Shown here: positions 19,693 through 32,000 of the stretch, one piece after another
Layout of the letters: each line of letters begins with the position of its first letter
How positions within the stretch are numbered: the first letter of the stretch is position 1
Origin: Mycolicibacterium smegmatis
GTDB taxonomy: Bacteria; Actinomycetota; Actinomycetes; Mycobacteriales; Mycobacteriaceae
Reading direction: 5' to 3'
DNA length: 32,000 nt
NCBI RefSeq assembly: GCF_001457595.1
Contig: NZ_LN831039.1
Span: 5,010,001 to 5,042,000 of the forward strand
Notes under the pieces: generated by a model
What the model saw: the letters and a program-made list of their open reading frames with translations, nothing else
Database searches by the model: none
What the model was told of the DNA's origin: nothing
Program-made: the position numbers and the translations under genes

Positions 19693-20184
19693 GTGACACT
19701 GAAATGCCGCACAGTCGACAGCCCGGTCGGTCCGTTGACCCTCGCGGGCCGCGACGGACACCTGATGCACCTTCGTATGGAGGACCAGACCTATGAGCCC
19801 AGCCGTGACGGTTGGGAGGTCGATGACAGCGCATTTCCTGAAGTTGTCGAACAGCTGGCCGAGTACTTCGCCGGCGAGCGCACTGATTTCGAGTTGTCCC
19901 TCGACCTGGTCGGCACGGCGTTCCAGCGCACGGTGTGGACCGCACTGCGGGAGATCCCGTACGGACAGACGTGTTCGTACGGCGAGATCGCGCGAAAGAT
20001 CGGCTCACCGGGCGCTTCGCGGGCCGTCGGACTGGCCAACGGCCACAATCCCATCGGCATCATCGTGCCGTGCCATCGCGTGATCGGCGCGAACGGAAGT
20101 CTCACGGGTTATGGGGGCGGCCTCGAACGCAAGCGAATGCTGCTCGACTTGGAGAAAAGCCGAATGGCGCCGGCGCTTTTCTGA
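19693..20184 (+). CDS. ogt: Methylated-DNA--protein-cysteine methyltransferase
   Basis: 163 aa; acceptor motif IIVPCHRVIG, upstream FQRTVWTALREIPYGQTCSYGEIARKIG. Starts 12 nt after the alkA stop. Confidence 0.95.
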   Translation: MTLKCRTVDSPVGPLTLAGRDGHLMHLRMEDQTYEPSRDGWEVDDSAFPEVVEQLAEYFAGERTDFELSLDLVGTAFQRTVWTALREIPYGQTCSYGEIARKIGSPGASRAVGLANGHNPIGIIVPCHRVIGANGSLTGYGGGLERKRMLLDLEKSRMAPALF

Positions 20185-20214
20185 ATTCGCGAATTACAAA
20201 TACATATACAGGTG

Positions 20215-20248
20215 CCTGAGCCCCCCAATCGGAATTGGGGGGCTCAGG
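20215..20248. terminator. Shared bidirectional terminator between ogt (+) and rrn operon (-)
   Basis: Perfect 15-bp stem, 4-nt loop: CCTGAGCCCCCCAAT-CGGA-ATTGGGGGGCTCAGG, sited between the ogt stop (20184) and the 5S 3' end (~20257). Confidence 0.85.
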
Positions 20249-20256
20249 TCAATTTG

Positions 20257-20372
20257 TGTTCGGCGGTGTCCTACTTTTCCACCCGGAAGGGTAGTATCAT
20301 CGGCGCTGGCAGGCTTAGCTTCCGGGTTCGGGATGGGACCGGGCGTTTCCCTGCCGCTATGGACCGCCGTAA
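20257..20372 (-). rRNA. rrf: 5S ribosomal RNA
   Basis: Minus-strand TTACGGCGGTCCATAGCGGCAGGGAAACGCCCGGTCCCATCCCGAACCCGGAAGCTAAGCCTGCCAGCGCCGATGATACTACCCTTCCGGGTGGAAAAGTAGGACACCGCCGAAC; ends approximate. Confidence 0.95.
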
Positions 20373-20379
20373 CTCTATT

Positions 20380-20405
20380 CTCTTATGTGGTGACCCACAT
20401 GAGAG
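20380..20405. other. Hairpin in the 23S-5S spacer (possible processing element)
   Basis: CTCTTATGTGG-TGAC-CCACATGAGAG, 10 of 11 positions complementary, 7 nt upstream of 5S on the transcript. Confidence 0.45.
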
Positions 20406-20514
20406 CAAACTTGTGGGTTTGTTTTGGTGGTGGGGTGATCGGTTTGATCATCCGTGGAGTGTGGTTGCGAGCGCGGTGCGTCAATGTTTCTTCTTACAAC
20501 GATTATGGGGTGTT

Positions 20515-25528
<5,014 letters not shown>

Positions 25529-25662
25529 ACAACCCATCCAAAGACAGGTGAATTCACAATCAGAGAAAATCTGACCTAACAAAAAGACACCAAAACTGGC
25601 ATCAAAAACATCCACCCCTAAACGGGAAAAAGAGGCGGACAAAAAACAACAAACAAAAACCA

Positions 25663-25691
25663 CCAAACACACTATTGAGTTCTCAAACAAC
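25663..25691 (-). promoter_or_regulatory. rrn leader element (GTTGTTTGAGAACTCAATAGTGTGTTTGG) complementary to the ITS; antitermination/processing signal
   Basis: Minus strand in the leader; the ITS has its near reverse complement at 23841-23869. Confidence 0.7.
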
Positions 25692-25709
25692 ACGCCCAGA
25701 TTGTTAGCC

Positions 25710-25724
25710 GCCCCGTTTTGGGGC
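25710..25724 (-). other. Small hairpin near the 5' end of the rrn leader transcript
   Basis: GCCCC-GTTTT-GGGGC on the plus strand, just downstream of the promoter candidate at 25737-25763. Confidence 0.4.
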
Positions 25725-25736
25725 AACCCTGCCAGC

Positions 25737-25763
25737 TTAATACTGCTTTGTCTGGCTTGTCAA
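25737..25763 (-). promoter_or_regulatory. Candidate rrn promoter
   Basis: Minus strand TTGACA (25763-25758), 15-nt spacer, TATTAA (25742-25737). Perfect -35 match but short spacer. Confidence 0.6.
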
Positions 25764-25812
25764 GTCGCTCTGGACCGGGTTGTTCTCTCCGCTCCGCGGC
25801 GACTTCATAAAG

Positions 25813-25839
25813 ATAATACGAGGTTCGTCGCGATTGCAA
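25813..25839 (-). promoter_or_regulatory. Second candidate rrn promoter upstream
   Basis: Minus strand TTGCAA (25839-25834), 15-nt spacer, TATTAT (25818-25813); TATCTT slightly downstream gives an 18-nt spacer. Confidence 0.45.
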
Positions 25840-25903
25840 ATCGCCTGGTCAGAGGCGGTTTGTGACGGATGGGACCAAGCCTGACCGTCACGGGTCTTGC
25901 TTC

Positions 25904-27160
25904 CTACGAGCTTACTCTCTCGATCTCGGCTCCGAGGCTGACCAGGTTTTCCACGAACAACGGATAGCCGCGATCGATGTGGAACACGTCGTGGACCTCG
26001 GTCTCTCCGTCGGCGACCAGGCCGGCGAGCACCAGGCCGGCACCGGCCCGGATGTCCGACGACCACACGGGTGCGCTCGACAACTGCGGGATCCCCCGCA
26101 CCACGGCGTGGTGTCCGTCGGTACGGGCGTCGGCGCCGAGCCGGATCATCTCCTCGACGAACCGGAAGCGCGCCTCGAACACGTTCTCGGTGATCATCGA
26201 CGTCCCGTCGGCGATCGCCGCGAGGCCGATGGCCATCGGCTGCAGGTCGGTCGGGAATCCCGGGAACGGCAGGGTCGCGACATTCACGGCCTTGGGGCGC
26301 TCGTACTGCACGACGCGGAAGCCGTTGTCGTTCTGCGTGACGGTCGCGCCGGCATCGTGCAGTTTGTGCAGGACCAACTGCAGGTGCTGCGGGTCGACGC
26401 CGGTGACCGTGATGTCACCCCTCGTCATCGCCGCGGCGATCCCCCACGTCGCGGCGACGATCCGGTCGCCGATCACGCGGTGCTCGGTCGGATACAGCCG
26501 GTCCACGCCGGTGATCGTCAGGGTCGAGGTTCCCGCGCCGCTGATCTGCGCGCCCATCTCGTTGAGCATCGCGCACAGGTCGACGACGTCGGGTTCACGC
26601 GCCGCGTTGTGGATGGTGGTCACACCCTCGGCCACCACGGCGGCCATCAGGATGTTCTCGGTCGCCCCCACCGACGGGAACTCCAACTGGATCTCGGCGC
26701 CGTGCAGATGGTCGGCCTCGGCCACCACGCAACCGTGCTCGATGTTGCACGTCGCACCCAGTTGCCGCAGACCGGCCTGGTGCATGTCCAGCGGCCGCGA
26801 CCCGATCGCATCCCCACCGGGCAACGCGACCCTGGCCTTCTTGCACCGCCCCACGAGCGGGCCGAGCACACATACCGAGGCCCGGAACTGCCGTACTGCC
26901 GCAAAGTCGGCGTCGTACTTGGGTTCGTCGGGCGAGGTGATCCGCACGGTCGCACCGTCGAGTTCGACGGTCGCCCCCAGCCCCCGCAACACCTCGGCCA
27001 TCAGCGGTACGTCGAGGATGTCGGGGCAATTGGTGATCGTGCTGGTGCCCTCTGCCAACAGCGCGGCTGCCATGAGTTTCAAGACGCTGTTTTTCGCGCC
27101 CCCCACAGCAACTTCGCCTGATAACCGGTTGCCACCGGTCACCACGAAACGCTCGCTCAC
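25904..27160 (-). CDS. murA: UDP-N-acetylglucosamine 1-carboxyvinyltransferase
   Basis: From GTG 27160: [50 protein letters not shown]...[28 protein letters not shown]. Confidence 0.95.
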   Translation of the reverse strand: MSERFVVTGGNRLSGEVAVGGAKNSVLKLMAAALLAEGTSTITNCPDILDVPLMAEVLRGLGATVELDGATVRITSPDEPKYDADFAAVRQFRASVCVLGPLVGRCKKARVALPGGDAIGSRPLDMHQAGLRQLGATCNIEHGCVVAEADHLHGAEIQLEFPSVGATENILMAAVVAEGVTTIHNAAREPDVVDLCAMLNEMGAQISGAGTSTLTITGVDRLYPTEHRVIGDRIVAATWGIAAAMTRGDITVTGVDPQHLQLVLHKLHDAGATVTQNDNGFRVVQYERPKAVNVATLPFPGFPTDLQPMAIGLAAIADGTSMITENVFEARFRFVEEMIRLGADARTDGHHAVVRGIPQLSSAPVWSSDIRAGAGLVLAGLVADGETEVHDVFHIDRGYPLFVENLVSLGAEIERVSS

Positions 27161-27258
27161 GCAGGTAAGTCTAGACAGGCCGCAGATCGGATCGAGAAAC
27201 CTCGCCATAACACGGCATGACCGTTCTGCCTCACCGCTGCCCCGGTAGCGTGCGTGTC

Positions 27259-27831
27259 ATGGCCGTTCATCTCACTCGCATCTACACCAGGACCGGCGAC
27301 GACGGGACCACGGGGCTGAGCGATTTCAGCCGCGTGCCCAAGAACGACGCCCGCTTGACGGCATATGCCGACTGCGACGAGACCAACGCCGCGATCGGCG
27401 TCGCGATCGCGCTCGGCAATCCCGATCAGCAAATCCGGGCGGTATTGCAGCAGATTCAGAACGACCTGTTCGACGCCGGCGCGGATCTGTCCACCCCGCT
27501 CGTCGAAGATCCGAAGTACCCGCCGCTGCGCATCTCGCAGGACTACATCGACCGCCTGGAGAAGTGGTGCGATGAGTTCAACGAGGCTCTGCCCGCGCTC
27601 AACTCGTTCATCCTGCCCGGCGGAACCCCGTTGTCGGCGCTGCTGCATGTGGCCAGGACCGTGGCGCGGCGCGCCGAGCGGTCGGCATGGATCGCGGTGA
27701 ACGAGTTCGGGGACTCGGTGAGTGTGTTGCCTGCGAAGTACCTCAACCGGCTGTCGGACCTGCTGTTCATCCTGTCGCGGGTCGCCAACCCCGAGGGTGA
27801 TGTGCTGTGGAAGCCGGGTGCAAATCAGTAG
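27259..27831 (+). CDS. ATP:cob(I)alamin adenosyltransferase (PduO-type)
   Basis: MAVHLTRIYTRTGDDGTTGLSDFSRVPKNDARLTAYADCDETNAAIGVA...FILPGGTPLSALLHVARTVARRAERSAW. Confidence 0.93.
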   Translation: MAVHLTRIYTRTGDDGTTGLSDFSRVPKNDARLTAYADCDETNAAIGVAIALGNPDQQIRAVLQQIQNDLFDAGADLSTPLVEDPKYPPLRISQDYIDRLEKWCDEFNEALPALNSFILPGGTPLSALLHVARTVARRAERSAWIAVNEFGDSVSVLPAKYLNRLSDLLFILSRVANPEGDVLWKPGANQ

Positions 27832-28271
27832 GTGCGGCGCCGCGCGCGCGGTGACGGCCGGGATTCCAGCCAGGAGGTGAATGCCGTCAGCGCGCCTCGG
27901 TCCAGCGCGATCTCGTAGCCCCGCTTGCGCTCGGGGCTGGTGTCGCGCAGTTCCAGGATCACGATCTGATCGGTCATGATGTCGTACTCGTCGCCGCGGG
28001 GCGAGCGGCGCGAGACGACTTCGAGGCCTCGCCTGCTGAGCCGGCGATCAGGCCACCAGCGGATGCTGGAAAGCCGGTAGAAACCGGCTTCCCCTCCGCG
28101 ATAACGCATCACACCGTGCCGCCAGCCGTGGCCGCCGACCGCGGGATAGTCCCGCAGGATCGCCGCCGTTCCGCCCACCTGGCGCAACTTCCACAGCCGG
28201 TAACACAGTGCGATGACCAGTACCAGGAGCACAGCGATGAGCGCGACCATGCCGATCATGGACGCGCTCAT
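27825..28271 (-). CDS. DUF2550-like single-pass membrane protein, atp operon-associated
   Basis: MSASMIGMVALIAVLLVLVIALCYRLWKLRQVGGTAAILRDYPAVGGHGWRHGVMRY; start at 28271, 8 nt after the atpC stop. Confidence 0.8.
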   Translation of the reverse strand: MSASMIGMVALIAVLLVLVIALCYRLWKLRQVGGTAAILRDYPAVGGHGWRHGVMRYRGGEAGFYRLSSIRWWPDRRLSRRGLEVVSRRSPRGDEYDIMTDQIVILELRDTSPERKRGYEIALDRGALTAFTSWLESRPSPRARRRTY

Positions 28272-28279
28272 CGATGTGA

Positions 28280-28645
28280 CTAGTCGATCTGGCCGAGGGC
28301 GCGCAGCCGCGCCCGGCCCCATGCCGCGGTCCGCTCGTCGTCGGATGCTGCGTCTTCCTTGGCAGCATCCGCGTCGATCTCGGACTCGAATTGTGCGTTC
28401 TCCACGAGGATCCGGACGGTCTCCTCGGTCACCGACAGGAAACCGCCGTCGACCGCGATCCGCAGATCGTCCTCGCCCTCGCGCTCGACCCGAACCATCG
28501 CGTCGTCGACCAGCTGCGCCACGAGCGGGATGTGCCGCGGCAGGATGCCGATCTCACCGGCGGTGGTGCGGGTGAACACGAACGTAGCGGGTCCGGACCA
28601 GAGCTCACGCTCGACGGCGACGATCTCGACGTTCAGATCAGCCAC
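28280..28645 (-). CDS. atpC: F1F0 ATP synthase epsilon subunit
   Basis: 121 aa: [45 protein letters not shown]. Confidence 0.95.
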   Translation of the reverse strand: MADLNVEIVAVERELWSGPATFVFTRTTAGEIGILPRHIPLVAQLVDDAMVRVEREGEDDLRIAVDGGFLSVTEETVRILVENAQFESEIDADAAKEDAASDDERTAAWGRARLRALGQID

Positions 28646-28681
28646 ACCACACCACCTTTCGGACGCTCAAGGACATGGCAA

Positions 28682-31070
<2,389 letters not shown>

Positions 31071-31077
31071 CTGTTAC

Positions 31078-32000
31078 CTAGGCCTTCTTGGGTGCCGGCT
31101 TGCGGACCTTGACGGATTCCTTCTCCAGGTCCTCGGGATCGAGGGCCTCGGCGTTCTCGGAGACGACCACCGAGCTGCCGTCAGAGGCCTGGAAGCCCTT
31201 CTTGAATTCGTTGATGACCGAGACCAGCTTCTCCTCGGCTTCCTCGGAGAGCTTCTTGGTCTCACGGATGCCGTCGAAGATGTCGGAGTGGCTGGCCTTC
31301 ACGTGCTCCAGCAGCTCGGACTCGAAGCGCTGAACGTCTTCGACCGGAACGGAATCCAGGTGGCCCTGGGTGCCGAGGAAGATCGCGACGACCTGCTCCT
31401 CGACGGCCAGCGGGCTGTACTGCGGCTGCTTGAGCAGCTCGACCAGGCGGGCACCGCGGTCCAGCTGGGCCTTCGACGCGGCGTCGAGGTCCGAGGCGAA
31501 GGCCGCGAAGGCCTCCAGCTCGCGGTACTGCGACAGGTCCAGACGCAGCGAGCCTGCGACCTCTTTCATGGCCTTGATCTGGGCGGCGCCACCGACGCGG
31601 GACACCGACACACCGACGTTGATGGCCGGCCGCACACCCTGGTTGAACAGGTCGGACTCCAGGAAGCACTGGCCGTCGGTGATCGAGATGACGTTGGTCG
31701 GGATGAACGCCGAGATGTCGTTGGCCTTGGTCTCGATGATCGGCAGACCCGTCATCGAACCGCCGCCGAGTTCGTCCGACAGCTTCGCGCAGCGCTCCAG
31801 CAGGCGCGAGTGCAGGTAGAACACGTCACCGGGGAACGCCTCGCGGCCCGGCGGGCGGCGCAGCAGCAGCGAGATCGCGCGGTAGGCGTCGGCCTGCTTG
31901 GACAGGTCGTCGAACACGATCAGGACGTGCTTGCCGTTGTACATCCAGTGCTGGCCGATGGCCGAGCCGGTGTAGGGGGCCAGCCACTTGAAGCCTGCGG
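31078..32000 (-). CDS. atpA: F1F0 ATP synthase alpha subunit, C-terminal part (5' end outside window)
   Basis: Open to window edge: [69 protein letters not shown]...; stop TAG at 31078-31080. Confidence 0.97.
   Translation of the reverse strand, partial: AGFKWLAPYTGSAIGQHWMYNGKHVLIVFDDLSKQADAYRAISLLLRRPPGREAFPGDVFYLHSRLLERCAKLSDELGGGSMTGLPIIETKANDISAFIPTNVISITDGQCFLESDLFNQGVRPAINVGVSVSRVGGAAQIKAMKEVAGSLRLDLSQYRELEAFAAFASDLDAASKAQLDRGARLVELLKQPQYSPLAVEEQVVAIFLGTQGHLDSVPVEDVQRFESELLEHVKASHSDIFDGIRETKKLSEEAEEKLVSVINEFKKGFQASDGSSVVVSENAEALDPEDLEKESVKVRKPAPKKA

Noticed and set aside
20185-20214. AT-rich stretch after ogt (GAATTCGCGAATTACAAATACATATACA) as possible mobile-element scar
   Set aside because: No terminal repeats, target duplication or transposase remnants; simply the AT-rich flank of the terminator.
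25862-27248. ORFs 25862..27121 and 25977..27248 (+) opposite murA
   Set aside because: Antisense shadows of murA; no motifs.

Overview
This window is an ordinary, densely packed actinobacterial chromosome segment. Gene content and order match the Mycobacterium/Mycolicibacterium murA-rrn-ogt-ada/alkA-nucS-glg-dinG-pncB region, and I believe it is a fast-growing, M. smegmatis-like species (from memory, not a search). Left to right: pncB (partial), dinG-like helicase, lipoprotein zinc metallopeptidase, streptogramin-lyase-like beta-propeller, glgP, glgE, glgB, a TPR/thioredoxin-fold protein, a DUF3817-like membrane protein, acetyl-CoA acetyltransferase, methylmalonyl-CoA epimerase, a small putative zinc-binding protein coupled to nucS, a class III nucleotide cyclase, an Ada-AlkA fusion, ogt, one complete rrn operon on the minus strand (16S-23S-5S, no spacer tRNA), murA, a cob(I)alamin adenosyltransferase, a DUF2550-like protein, and atpC, atpD, atpG and atpA (partial). 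I found no mobile element, CRISPR, prophage or defence island, and no clearly undescribed system. The best leads are: (1) the small CxxC...HxxC protein whose ATG overlaps the nucS stop codon; (2) a 29-nt leader/spacer complementarity bracketing 16S; (3) inverted repeats at the thiolase/epimerase divergent region and upstream of ada-alkA; (4) a 19-codon upstream ORF overlapping the glgE start; (5) a perfect bidirectional-terminator hairpin overlapping a stop codon; (6) residue-level features (MurA Asp117, gamma-subunit acidic loop, alpha-subunit C-terminal tail, cysteine-less thioredoxin site). Many long ORFs in the track are antisense or rRNA artefacts of high GC.
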